Assembly: GCA_003971905.1 (NCBI GenBank) | Contig: RSEE01000009.1 | Location: 248,001 to 312,000, forward strand | DNA from: Moniliella sp. 'wahieum' | Taxonomy: Eukaryota | DNA: 64,000 nucleotides | Reading direction: 5' to 3' | In this document: in pieces, positions 37,385 through 50,466 of the stretch | How the letters are laid out: every line of letters begins with the position of its first letter | Position numbering within the stretch: the first letter of the stretch is position 1 | Notes under the pieces: generated by a model | What the model was told of the DNA's origin: nothing | Seen by the model: only the letters and a program-made list of their open reading frames with translations | The model's database searches: none | Program-made: the position numbers and the translations under genes

Positions 37385-38925
37385 ATAGTATAGACAAGCA
37401 TTCTGTCGGCAGAGGGCGTTCGGCAGGGCGACCCCCTCGCCCCCTTTTTCTTCTCCATCGCAGTGCGGCCCAAGCTGGAGAAGTTGAAAAGGATCGGCCG
37501 CCGGGGCACCTGGTGATGGCGTACCTGGACGTCATTACGAGATTTTCGGGCCAGAGCCAGGCATTACCGGCCTAGCTGCGGAAATTTTGGCAGACGATGC
37601 GTCATGCCTCACGCTCAACTGCACAAAAGTGCGTCGAGCGGGACCGAGACCAGATTCGGGGGGGTGGCTGCAGGTCCTGGGCACTGTGGGATTGTGGGTA
37701 GTACTGTCGTCGCTCGTGGCTCCGGGACAACTGGCCACCCTGAGAGAGGCCATGCCCAAGTTTGATGACATCACCCGCCAGGGACGCCTCGTACTATGGC
37801 GGTGCAGTACTTAGACCTAATAACTGCGCCACCTGCTCCGCACCATACAGATGGAGGGCGAGCTAGACGATGTACTGGCCGAGATTGATGCCTTCATCTG
37901 TACAGAGTTCAGACGGTTCCGGGGCGACGAGGCCCCCCAAGGTGCCAAGGACGACCACTTCGACATGCTCATGATCCTGCCTCTTCTCCGGATGGGAGGA
38001 TGCCGCAACCCGCTTTACTCGTATATTGCGCCCTACGCCCGTGCCGCGGCCAACGAGGTCAACGACTTTCTTATTACCACACTATGTTGACCGATCGGGA
38101 CCGTAAACAGCTAAGGCCAACGCATTTACGAAGCAACGCCAGGCTGCCGGGAGATGTGGGAGCAGAGTCGACAAGAGCTGCTCCAGAAGGTGGACGATGC
38201 CGATGGTCGCCATGGGTCGAGCACAGCAACCCGCTGAGCCGCAATTGGTTCTCCGCCATTCCATCCACCCCGTGCCTACGGCTCTCTGACAAACAGGTTC
38301 AGGTTGGTCTCCAGCTCCGCAAGCTGTGCCGCTCCACGCGCAGCAAGTGCAAGTGCGGCGTCATGCCCTCGCTGAAGCATTCATGGCTTGCACCCGCACC
38401 CAGGCCAAGTTTATCGGGTTGCACGAGGCAGTACGGGAGCCCATTCTCCAGCTTATGCGTTCCATCCCCGACACCCACGTCCGCAACGAACTGCTGTTGA
38501 GGAAGAGGGTGGGTCGAGGCGGGGGGGAAGCGCTGCGCACCGACTACAGTGTGATGGAGCCTGGAGCAATCGGAGGATCAGGGATGGAGGCGGACCACAC
38601 GCTGCGCGACACGAAAACGCAGGAGGAGCAGCGCGTACCGGAAAGAGTGGTTGATGAGAGCACCGCGACGCCTTGGAACGCCGGGAGAAGGAGGTGCTTC
38701 GGCTGCTGGAACAAGCAGAATGCTACCAAGAACGCCAAGTACCAGGGACGCACTCTTCAAGAGCCGTTTCCCCCCCTAAATTTGACGACGCGAGGATACG
38801 ACGGCACCAAGACAGCGGGCAAGATGTTTGCGCATTGGAAGGATTTGGCTACTGAGTCTCAATGGAAATGGTTCCTTGCTCGGATGTCTATCACGTTCAT
38901 CCGTGTCCACCGCGCTATTACCTAG
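37385..38925 (+). mobile_element. 5'-truncated, degenerate non-LTR retrotransposon with RT and restriction-like endonuclease (CRE/Cnl1-like)
   Basis: GVRQGDPLAPFFFSIAVRPKL and VMAYLD (RT) at about 37413-37530; LP..GG; NWFSAIP..LRLSDKQV; CKCG..C..LHEAVR..NE..RTD (Zn knuckle plus RLE); in-frame stops present. Confidence 0.8.
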
Positions 38926-41900
38926 GGTACGGGACCGGATGGCGAGCACCTGAGGGTCCTGACATCCTGGGGATCCCCCTGGTTCCTTAACCTTGGTGGC
39001 GCTTCCAAGTAACCCCCGCAAGATGAACGGCTCGGTTTAGACGTAGCGTTTCCCCTGTCCCAGACTTAAGCTCTGTCAATGAAATGGACGCGATCTAGAG
39101 ATACTACCAAACTATACGATGGTGGATGTGTCTGTGGGAGGCTCTGTTACGACGTTTGCCAGAGTGCAAGGGCGGGAAGCATATAATTCTAAGGCTTAAT
39201 TATTGATCTCCTCCTGTATGAGCTTGAATAAGAAAACGATGAACTTGACGAGTTTGATGAGAAAGAGAACAAGAGAAAACCACGAGGGTCGGACAAATGG
39301 TTAAACATACACACGTCAACATTTTTAGTGCCTATTTTTAATCCGTCTCATTGAAGGAAGAAAGTGATCTAGGAACGGCCTGCGGTTGTGTTTATCGTTT
39401 TGTTGTTGGCACCACACTCTGTCTCGCTGTTGAAGGATGGTAGATGGTCGGTGGGAAACCCTGATGGTCTATAGGAAACACCCTGGTCGATAGGAAACAG
39501 GATGGCCGATAATCGTGATCGATGAAGCTTGAAAAGTCCACAGTGAGTAAGCCTCAGACAGGGCTGTGCTTCGACTATGTTGATTGTGGTTCTCTAATTC
39601 CCAGACGCTAGTAGATCAGGTTCACCTCGGTTTCATCGGGTTTTCCAAGCTGCGCGCATTCTTCTTCTCATAGCACTGCCCCTTTGTGCCCTGCATTCTC
39701 ACCTGGATGCCTTTCAGATCCCCCTGGGCTTGAGCCTATAGTCCGCGGCCTCCTATGTAGTAATGGCTCTGCACCCAGACTCAACTCTGCCTCCAATCCA
39801 CCACCTTCTCCAGATTATGGGGCTTCTGCCCCTCCGGCTCCTTAGACCAACAGAGACATGGAGGCTCTATAGGGCCGCAACTGCGGAAGGGATTGTGACA
39901 GGGTAGAGGTTAGGTACAAACGAGATTGGCCCTCGGCGCTCTTGGTTCTCAGCTAGAGCTTGATCAACTTGATCCTTGAGCACGTATAATAGCACAGCAT
40001 CCGCTATCCAGAATGTGTACTACGTGTGTGAACATGTGGACCTCCTTGTTATCATCTCTTTACACTTAAGCGTTATACGTTAAAATTTTTAATACACAAA
40101 CGCTCCGAAGACGCGAAGACGTCGTGTGACGTGCGACGGAGAGAAGCGGATCCAACGCCTTTTGACTCCCACAACCGTGGTTGTCGTCGCAGCAAGAACT
40201 GGTACATAACCCGATCGGATGCGATAGCGATATGGTACTGTGCTAAATTCGTGGAGGCGTACTATCCAAGCAATATGCAACCCTTGACAACCCTTTTTTT
40301 GCTGGAGCGGTGCGGACTGGGGGCTCTCGATCTGTACCTGAGTTCACGCTGTGGCGCTGTGGGGGAAGAATGGATTAAGCGTTACCAGGGTAGTCCAACT
40401 CTGTCTCGTCATGTTTTTCCGGAGAATGACAGGTGACATGGTGACAGGTGGTATTGTACCTTAGTGACACACCTGCGCGATATATGACACGATGCATGAT
40501 GGGAAAAGGACACACATGTAAGGGAACCACATGGTCTCGGAAAGCGTTGAGAAGAAGCGATGCGGTAAGCGTTCGCCATACTCGTACACTGTTCGTATGT
40601 ATTGACCAGTCGAGAGACCACACCTCTGGTTCTTCCTCTTATCGTCGGCCGTATATTCTCCGTCTCGCTTTTCCCACGTATGCAGTTCTCAGAATGCAGC
40701 GCAAGAGCCCATCACCTTTTCGGACTTGCTCTGACCTCGATCTGTGGCGCTGAGCCCTGAGCGACCTGGTGGGTCGGGGGTTTGTTTGGGTTTGGGCAAA
40801 AGGCCCCTTCAGCTCTCCTCCAGTCCCTCCTCAGGCCTCAGGAATATAGGAGTCCCGTTGTTTTTTTCGCTTCTGTTTCCTTTTACCGGTTTACCCTTGT
40901 TCCGCATCATATTCCGCAGCCTCTATGTTCTGGGGGCGACGGGCTGTGTAAAGCTCCATGCCCCTCTCTGTAGCTATGTTGGCTTAGAGCAGCACCACCA
41001 CTGCTAGGACGGTTGCATCACCCTCTGGAGGTCCATCTGCATCAGGATACTCTTCAATCCTCTCAACGGGACCCACGCACTCACAAGGTCCCGTCACTCT
41101 CATGATGCATGATGCGTACTGTTTCATCGCTCTGTCGTGCCCCTATTGCTCCGTCGGGGGGCGCCCTGCCTCGCCCAATTACGCTGCGTATTACGCTGCG
41201 TAGTATTATTAACGCGTATATTGTTAGAAACATGTAGAACGGAGGGGCTTGAAAGCTTGAAGCTTGAAGCTTCTGATATCTCTGGCTCGGGGCATTTTTT
41301 CCCGCGGCATCTCGAGCCCCCTCATCGGCCTCTTCCCAGACTGCCACTAAACTCCGGAGCGTATACAGGGCGCCTAGGTACCTCGTTCCCATTGTTCGCG
41401 TCGGACAGGCCACAATATCTGAGAAGGGCGAGGGATCAAGTAGTAGTATTACTGGCAATTGCTCAGTACTGAGTCACTAATACTGTGAAAGCCGTTGTCC
41501 CGACAAGGGACGCTAGTGACTAATCATTAATCATTGCTCCCAATCCTTACAACGTCTCAGATCTCAGATCAGCGCGTTGGCGCGCCAAGTACGTCAACTT
41601 TTCTGTATACTCAGTACGGTCCGTCGTCAGTCGTCCGACGGTCTGATCGATCTGATCGTAGAGCCAAGGAAACGCAGGTCCCCAAGCTCCCCAAAAGTTA
41701 GTCATCGGCCAGCTCTCCGGGCGAGCGCGCGAAGGTCTATTACATCGGCGACCAAGTAATACATTTGCACTGCCCCTTTATGGTCCCGTTGAGGCGTCCC
41801 ACCGCTTGGCTGTGTTGAGGGTGTAATAGCCTCGGAGCGGTATTTTGCGCATCGAATGGCATCAAAAGTATGAGGGGTGGGCGTGATGAGAGAACATCAA

Positions 41901-42671
41901 ACGGCCTCTATACTCGACCACAGGTTGCCTTATTCAAGCTTCAGCTTCCAAAGCTTTTCTCGGATACTGCCCACATCCCCTGCCTGTCAGATCTCAGACC
42001 CAGACACATGCATGAACACGTGCTGCTGAATGATGCAATGGTGATCGAGGTGATCGAAGACATGTGACTTGCTGACAGATCGAAGATCGATGATACGTTG
42101 ACACGTTGACACGTTGACAGGCTTCAGGCGAGGTGGTGCAGGAGGGCGCAGGCTGGTGGCTGCAGGTGCCAAATGCACACGAACGGGGGGGCAGCGACGT
42201 CACATGGCACATGTCACAGCCCGTCACGCACCAGGGCCCACGCATCACGCATTGCATGTCACCTGCAAGGGTCGTAGATAGCTCGATAGCGGCGCCTGCC
42301 GCATGCCAGCTGTCCATGTCAGCGCTCACCGTGAGCGCTCACTGGCACCATGCAACCATGCCACTGGAGGCCACAGGGCGTGGAGCCAGTGGAGCTACGG
42401 CGGTTCGCGTAGTAGGCACCGTCGTAGGCAACGCGGTACACAGCGTCTGCTGGGAGCTAGGCGCCAGGAACAGAAGGCCATACCACAAAACCCAGTGCAG
42501 ACTACTAAAGCGCCTATCGGCGTCTTTACGTACACATCCCGTTTTACAGCTTTAAGCTTCAGCTTCGGGATTCAAGCTTCAAGCTAGCTTCAAGCTCAAG
42601 CTCCAAGGCCCAGGCGCTCAGGTGCCTACATACCCATAGCCCTGTACGTATCGGACAGTGGAGCCGAGTTG

Positions 42672-42706
42672 AACGTTGAACGTTGAACGTTGAACGTTGA
42701 ACGTTG
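42672..42706. repeat. (AACGTTG)5 perfect heptamer array
   Basis: Five exact copies, continuing in phase into ATGCATG. Confidence 0.95.
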
Positions 42707-44352
42707 ATGCATGATGGAGCCAATCGGACAGTGTCGCTTCCTGTCCATGCCATCCTGTGGGGTTCGGGCTTCGCGAGTGGGCACCACAAGGCACTATGTA
42801 TCACTTGCATCGTTCATCACACATTGTCCCCTGACACATGTCACCCGTATCACACATCCCCCAGGATTTTGCTCTCGACATCGTAGGGAGTCGGTGACCG
42901 GTGACGTCAAAGTGAAGTATCCCCCCCGAGATAAAAATACCAGGTGTGCAGGTGTGGGGACAAGATCAATCCGGGGTTCGTCTGGAGTGTTCTTTCAACA
43001 ACAGGGAATGGACCAGAGGGGCTCAAGAACCGATAAAGCCGAGTGCCTGAGCCTGACTGAGGTCCTGGGGGGCCTGAGGGGCCTGAGAGCTGGGGAGTTA
43101 AGAAGTTAAATGTTCATCCACACCAGGGATTTGGTGTTGTGGCCTATAACATGATAACACGTAACAGACCCCTGTGGGGAAGACAGAAGACCGATTTTGA
43201 CCGTACGTGCGCGTGTGCTGCATGCTTCCGAACGCCGAGAACACAATCTTTAATCGTTAATCAACGTTCAACAACGTTCAACATTGTATGCAACGTTCAA
43301 CGTTCAGTACGTTCAGTACGTTACTCAGTACTCAGTAGATATCCTCGGTACTCAGTCTAGTCAAGCACTCAGGTACTCAGTACTCGCTCTGGTTCAGACT
43401 CATGTACCTCACAGTATTCGCATTGCGTTCGACGTCCAACATTCAACCACGTACTCACTACTCACAGTTGTCACGTGGTTGTTGCCTTGTTCGAAGAGAT
43501 CTGCGATCGCAACAAAACGAGCGCAGAGCCACAACGACTGAGACCACCACAGGATGCGGGAGCATCGAATATCGACCAGAGATCGATCCGAGAGTTGTCC
43601 CATATCACATGTTCATAATGCGGGTGCTCTTCAACATATGTCACTGAACAAATGGAGTGCCTCACCGTCTTGCTCGCCCCTTGCTGCGTGAGTAACTGAG
43701 TACTGCGTGTTGTCGGGAATGCGCGACCCCAACAAAGCTTGCTTGCCACATGGAGTGCTGGAAGGCGTTGGTGACGAAAGCTCTATTGCTGCCACAACTA
43801 AGTACTAAGTACTGACTACCCATTCAATATCCATCAAACTCGGCCTCTATTAATCACCCTTCAACCCTCGGCCTCCACTAACCGATTTGTCCAAGCTTCA
43901 AGACGCCGCCAGTAAGGTATCCGAGGCTTGGCTGGAAGGACGGGGGCCTGGGCGTGCGACCTGATGCCTGACGTCCTGAAGGCTGAGGGCCTGACGAGCT
44001 CTGTTTCGGTCGAAGCAGCGCGAGCCGGTGCTCTTTTTTCCTGTATACGTACGTCCTCCACAGCAATGACTCGGGCGGTGAGCTTTAGGAGGACACGCAT
44101 TCCACAATACTCCCCCTCCCAATTCAATCGATGACCCTGTTCGCTCGCTCGCATATGACCGCTCGCAGCAGTCCACCACCGCAGAAGGCTGCACCACTGG
44201 TGTGATGCGCTTGGCTTCTACAGACCGCAGCGCGGCCTTGTTCTGTGCCTGGACTCTCATGTGTGCATATATTCACAGCTTGCCGGGCCGCATTCGCTTT
44301 TTTTATGTTCCTTCCCGCCAACCCACCCCCAACGTCGACACCGCAGCTCAAC

Positions 44353-45714
44353 ATGGCCACATCTGCTGTCGCCCTTACCTCCCCGCCCTTCCCCCACCCC
44401 GCCCGGGCTACCACCCCTGGCTCCACTGCCCTCACTGAGCCTTCCTCCCTCTTCGATGGCCATACTTTGGTATATCCTGACCTCTGGCCCTCTACCCTCG
44501 CCGCTCTTTTCACATCATCTCCCGCGTGTGAGATGGCAGGAACACATACCGCCACATCCTCCATCGGGATCGAGCCTGTACTCCTTGGTCCGTTTGCGTT
44601 TGATGCCACTTTCGAGCCGAGCTTGCTCTCGGTAGCCCACCCGGATGCCTGTCATTCCACCAACGATCTCCTGGGCGACAACTTGAATTTCAAGTCTCTC
44701 TACTCGCTCTCTCAAGGGACAGGTTTGGCATCCTTGGCCCCCTCGCACTTGTCAAACCAGACGATTACCTCTGACAGCCAGAGTTTTCCGTCAACCGCGG
44801 TTCCGCAGAGCCAAGGCGATTATTTTGCTGGCGCCTCGACTGCTTTCCCTCCCTATGTTCAAACCCCAAGCGCTGCATCCACTTGGAATGAAGAGGATAC
44901 GATGGATTGGATCCGCCTTTGGACCATCAGTCTTCCCCCCTGCCCAGTGGCCTGGTCATCCCCTCGACTGTGGCTGATGTGGAGGAACCTAGGATACCCA
45001 AGGCGCTTCCAATTCCGGTCCCCCTCCGCGACCCGATTGCGCCGGGGCCAACTCTATCGGCCGGACAACATCCATCTACAGCTCCTTTGGGAGAAGCGGT
45101 CAAGGCAATGCGAGACGTGTACCGCAAAATGCTCATTACAACTGGAGCATACAGCACATTGTCACCACCCCAACAGAATCCCTCTTGTTCGCTTACCCCT
45201 GCCGAGAGTGACATGGCACCTATCGTCCCAGATAAGGATGCCAACTTGTCGGCTTTGATGTCTGTTCTGGATTGTTCGATGGTCGAGGCACCCAGTTTGA
45301 GCAGCGGAAATACTCCTTCTCCACATGGTGTCAGTGTCGATCACCAGGAACCTTTGTCGCCAGAAGAGGGAGAGGCTCAAGAGCAGAATGAGTCTGCCCC
45401 CCCTCGTCGGCGGCGGTCTCGGCCAAGTCAAGCCCTTTTCCTGTTCTGATTTCGCGAGGGGAAGGGAAGCGACCCTGGGAATGCCCGACGTGCGCAAGGG
45501 CGTTTGAGCGCAAGTCGAATCTTCGTCAACATTTGGATGTGCACAACCGCCGACGGCCGTTCAAGTGCCTCTGTGCAACGATCGCTTTAGCCGCAAACAC
45601 GATTGCCACCGGCACCTCAAGTGCCACCTTGCCCGTGAGAACTTGACGGAGGAACAGCGTGATCTCATCAGCCAGACCTTACCCACTTTGTCCTTTGACG
45701 TGGCACAGGTCTAG
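44353..45714 (+). CDS. C2H2 zinc-finger transcription factor (two C-terminal fingers); frameshifted
   Basis: About 45480-45630 encodes C..C.KAFERKSNLRQHLDVH..RPFKC..C.DRFSRKHDCHRHLKCH across frame breaks; Ser/Pro-rich N-terminus; TAG 45712-45714. Confidence 0.8.
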
Positions 45715-45989
45715 GCGCCATAAATATGCACAACAGTCTATATTGTTCATCTTCATCATCTTTACATCTCATCCTTTTCGGGTTGGAAGGTCGCATTGGT
45801 GAGTACGTGCGCTGCCCCTATGCGCTCGGTTCCATCATACACGACGTTTATATGCCTTCCTCATCGACCATCTCCCCCCTACCCTTCGGATAACCACATC
45901 CTTTTGGTTGTCGCCTCAACTCATTGTAGAGCACATACATATGCCAACAAAACCGGTGCCACCCATCCTACCTCATTTGAACAAGGAAT

Positions 45990-46037
45990 CGCCTCGCCTT
46001 GCCTTGCCTTGCCTTGCTTTGCCTCGCCTTGCTTCGC
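45990..46037. repeat. (GCCTY)n pentamer microsatellite
   Basis: cgcctcgccttgccttgccttgccttgctttgcctcgccttgcttcgc. Confidence 0.8.
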
Positions 46038-46336
46038 CCCTCCCCGCTTCCTACCTTGAGTCTCACTTTTACTCTCTCGCTCCTCATCGCTGTTGTCGAA
46101 TGAGGCTCACAGCTTACAGCTCACAAGCTCAGAAGGACTTTTTTCTTACGTTCCCGGACCTAGAATCGCCTCCTCATTTTGAAATCCACATTGGAGCCTG
46201 TGACATGTGACGTGGATGTGATGTACCCTCATAGGCCTGGCAGAAAGATGACCCCTGCAACGCATGAACGCATGATGTGCATGCATGTGCATGATCTGAC
46301 AGCCACCACCAACCACCACCACCTTCTCCCTTTCCG

Positions 46337-48273
46337 ATGTCCACCACCCCCCTGTTGGGTGCACGCATTGTCTGGAAGGGTTTGCCTGGAACGGTGCGCT
46401 ATGATGGCCCCGTAGACGGCACACGTGGCACGTGGCTCGGGGTGGAGTGGGACGACCCGACGCGTGGGAAGCACAATGGAGTCCATCAGGGCCGGCGTTA
46501 CTTTACCCCTGTCAACACGGGGGAGACGTGTGCGTCGTTTGTGCGTTCCAGTGCTTGTAATTTTGGTTGCTCGCTCCTATCGGTATTGAAAGATCTCTAT
46601 CCCTCCCCCCCCGACGCACCCGCCAGGCCGAACAAGCAGCACTGGACCAAGGCCTACCTGAACCCGAGGTCCGCCGTGCTCGTGCCCGTGCCAAAGCACG
46701 TACCCTGGCCGCACAAAAATCAGCCAACCTGTCGACTTCCTTGGTGGATGGACAGGTGGACAGGTTGGTCTCTTCTGTCCTTGATCCGGCGCGGGGGGAA
46801 AGACGCGGGACCTACAGGCCGCCGCACCAGGTATGTAGCCCTCTGTTTTATCTGGCTTGGCTGACCCCCACAGATCTGGTGATGCTCAACTTGTCCTACA
46901 ACCTATTTGCCTCCTGGAATGGGGTTTTGGACTTGCTGAACGAAACCCCGGGCTGCAGGAGCTGAGTCTGATGGGCAATCGTCTGGCTCCGCTGGATAGG
47001 GACGAGGGGCGTGCGCTCTTTCCGCCAGACTTGGACTCAACATTCACCTCCAATCTCATCTCGCTTCAACTGGGCGGAACGTGGACGTCCCTTTCAGATA
47101 CTTTGGTTGTAACAGCACGGTACCTGCCGCAACTTACCCACTTGGACATGAGGGACAGCCAACTTGTCCTTACCCCTTCGACTCCTCTCCCTGCGCACCC
47201 TTGCCTTGCCTCCCTCGTCCTGGCCGGCAACCAGCTGTCGGACTGGAAGCGGATTTCCGATACCCTAACTGCATTTCCCGCGTTGGTCCAGCTGGATCTT
47301 TCCAACAACCCTTTACCACCTGTCCCACTTGACTTGCCTGTTCCCTCGGGTGGCAGCGAGGCACGCGTCCACCACCCCCACCCCACCGCGACTCTGGCCC
47401 CCACTCTCGCCTGCTTACGGCGCGGTGGCGGGGCAAGCGTTGATGGGCCTGGTCCTGCAGAATGTATCGTTGGGTTGGACAGATCTGGAGCGACTGGACA
47501 ACTGGGTCGCTCGAGGCGGTCTCTTCTCTTCGCCTGGCAGCAGGATCCAAACCCTCCAAGTCACCTTCCTCTCCTCCGAGGGGGGACAGTTTGGTCTGCT
47601 TGCGCCACCGGACGAAGAGGTGGAAGGGATGCTGCGCTCGCGCTCTTGGTCCTCGGTCTCGCCGTTGGTGGGGCGGGCTGGACTGGTGGCCCGGTTCCCA
47701 TCGTTGGTACGGATCAACCATACCGACGTGACGCCCGATGAGCGGCGTGCGGCAGAACAAGCCTTGCTCTTAGCTGCTCAACGGATCTTGCCCACCCTGC
47801 CTTGTCAGGGAGAACGGGACGAGGCATGGGCGTGCCGCGTTCTGGAGGTTCCGCGCCTGGCGCAGCTGGCTACCCAGTACGGCGTCCCCCTCTTGCCACC
47901 CCCCCAGGCTCCACCGATCCCGACCGCGGCACCTACGCTTGCTGCCTCTCTGATGAGCTTGACTGTGGTGCAGGTGGACGAGGCGGTGCCGGTCGAGCCG
48001 GAGCAGGGGGGCGCGTGGGCGGTGCAGGCGAGCGAAAAGAAGCGCGGAGTAGAAGCCAAGGTGCTGCCGTCGATTACGCCGCGCCTGCTGCGGCCCAAGC
48101 TGGCGCGAGCGCTGGGTCTGCCCCGCAGCGCGGGCGCGGCGATGCAGGTGGTTGCGGCGGGCGGCGGGGGCGAGCACCATCCGCTGCTGCCGTTGGCGCT
48201 GGACGAGGCTCGGCGCCCCCTCGGCGTCAGTGGCGGCGACGCTCTGCTGGTGTTTGTCCCGCCGCCTGTGTAG
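46337..48273 (+). CDS. TBCE: Tubulin-folding cofactor E (CAP-Gly, LRR, ubiquitin-like)
   Basis: GTVRYDGPVDGTRGTWLGVEWDDPTRGKHNG (CAP-Gly); LRRs LNLSYN, LSLMGNRL, LVLAGNQL, LDLSNNPL; FPSLVRINHTDVTPDERRAAE; terminal GVSGGDALLV. Confidence 0.88.
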
Positions 48274-48610
48274 CCCCGCCGCCGCCGACCCACACATAGC
48301 CGACGCGTCCTCGTCCCAATATCCAATCCAGTCGCCGCAGTCCCGGCTATTCCTATTAGACCCGCCGACACGGGCACAGCGCCCGTGTGAAGTGGCGCCC
48401 CTGCGCGCAGACGGGGCCAGTGCGGCGGTGCGCGGCGGGGCATCACGTGACCCTACGTGGCACTGGCGAGCGCCCGACGCCGCTGGGATGCGGCGGTGAC
48501 AAGCCCGCGCCCGGTAAGCGGGCGCTGCGCCAGAGCAGTGTGGCGCCGCCACCGCGCTTCTGCCCACTCCTGCCCACCACCGCCCGCTGCCGCCCGCTCG
48601 CCCCGGCCCC

Positions 48611-50466
48611 ATGTCGCGCATCGCCGACCTCCGCAGCCGCTTCGAGAGCCCCAGCGCCGCGCGTGCCGACCCTCCCAAACCGCCCATCCCCACTGGGCGC
48701 AAACTGCTGCCGCTCCCCACCGGCGCAGCACGCACCAGCCCCTCCCCGACCTCGACCCCGACCCCAACGCCGACCCCGCCGCCGCCCGCTCCCCCCTCCC
48801 CTGCCCGCCTTGTCCACCTGCACGATGTCGTTGCGCCCCCCGGCACGGGCGCCTTGATGGCCGCCCAACGCCGCGCCGCCGAAGAGGCGCTCGACGCTCC
48901 TGCTCCCGAGACGGAGGGGGCACCGCCCAAGTCCCCCGAAGCGTCGGCCGAGCCCACACTGATGATGACCGAGCTGGATGGGACGATGCTGGCCAACCCG
49001 TTTGCTTCGTTGGAGGAGGAGCGGGAGTCGGCCCGCTTCTCCAACATCTCTCTTGGCCAGGGAGAGGAGACGACGCCGACGACGCCGGCTGGGACCGAAT
49101 GGAATGCACAGCAGGCCAGTCGGGCCGGGCGGGCGGGGCGAGAGAGCGCGTTGGTGCCCCTGAGGGTGCGGCGCAAGAGGAACTGCGGAACGAGTTTGAG
49201 CGCGCGCGGCGCGCGTCGCGCTCGCTCGAACCCCAGCCGGAAGTGGAGGAGGATGGGATTGATTGGACGTTCTGGGGCCGGGTCATGAACGATTACCAAG
49301 AGGTGGCCCGGAACCATCCCGACGAACTTTCGGCCGCGGTCCAGGCCGGCGTACCAGATACGTTGCGCGGTATGGTGTGGCAACTCATGTCGGGAAGCAA
49401 GAACGAAGAGCTTGAGATGATCTATGCGTATTATCTCAAAGAACAACAGAACGATCCTGCGGCGCAGGCGGTACGGCGCGACGTGCTGCGTTCGCTTGCC
49501 TCCCCCCCGCTCGGGGGTGGATGCAGGCGCCTTCGCCCCCCTCGCCCACGGCGGTGGGCAACATTGTGGCTGCCTACTCACTCTACGACCCAGCTTGTGG
49601 CGCTTGCCCCGGAGTGCAGTACGTCGTGGCCGCCTTGGTGGGCACCATGCCAGACGAAGAAGCATTTGGAGCGTTGGTGCGGCTGATGCGGGTGTACGAC
49701 CTAAGGGGTCACTATGCGCCCGGCTTGCCCTCGCTCCAGTTGAGGCTGTACCAGCTGGCAAGACTGGTGGAGGACCAAGCGCCTCTGCTCCATGCCCACC
49801 TGGCTCGGAACAAAGTCAAGGTGGCGGACTATGCGGCGCCATGGCTGATGACCGCATTTACATACCGCTTCCCACCTCCGTTGGCGCGGCGCGTGTTGGA
49901 TGCCGTGTTTGCGGAAGGGCTGGAGGTGCTGTTCCGATTCGCGTTGGTACTCTTGTTGGAGAATGAGACGCGGTTGTTGGCGCTTGGGCAGGAGGAGGCA
50001 TTGGCGCTGTTGCGCGACACGGTCCTGGCGCCTTGGGCGGCCGATGCGCTCAACCGGAGGAATCGGGAACGGAAGAGGTGGATGCAGATCGAATTGCTCG
50101 CCAAGCCTTCGCTTTGCGTCTCGACACGTTCGATCTCGATACGTATGCGTCCGAGTTTGATGAAAAAGTGCGTGCGGCCGCCGCCCATCGGAGGGAGACC
50201 GAAGCGCTCAAGCTGGTCCACAAGAACTTGACCGCCGCGTACGCGAATTGGAAGAGGCCGCTACCGCCCAAAGTGCCGAACACGTCGAACTTACCAAACA
50301 GATTGTTGTTGCCAACCTGGCCCGGGATGAGATGGCAGACGAACTGGCCAAGTACAAGATGATGTACGCCGAGGCCGTCTTGGCCGCCGACCAGGCCCGC
50401 GCACGCTCTTCCTCCTCCTTCCCGGGCCCGCCAACACCGGGGTCTGTCTCCTCGCCTCCCGCCTAG
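48611..50466 (+). CDS. TBC-domain Rab GTPase-activating protein (GYP5/EVI5-like)
   Basis: IDWTFWGRVMNDY..AVQAGVPDTLRGMVWQLM, AVRRDVLRS, AYSLYDP, DEEAFGALVRLM, APWLMTAFTYRFP, VLDAVFAEGLEVLFRFAL; C-terminal coiled coil. Confidence 0.9.

Noticed and set aside
39000..41500. Scattered short ORFs in AT-richer intergenic DNA (also 14600-17000, 26280-26850)
   Set aside because: No recognisable domains or consistent coding bias; they may be old relics but cannot be supported.
47770..49761. Long antisense ORFs (663 aa here; also 8341-9915, 20959-22119, 56655-57560)
   Set aside because: Shadow ORFs opposite GC-rich real genes; no motifs.
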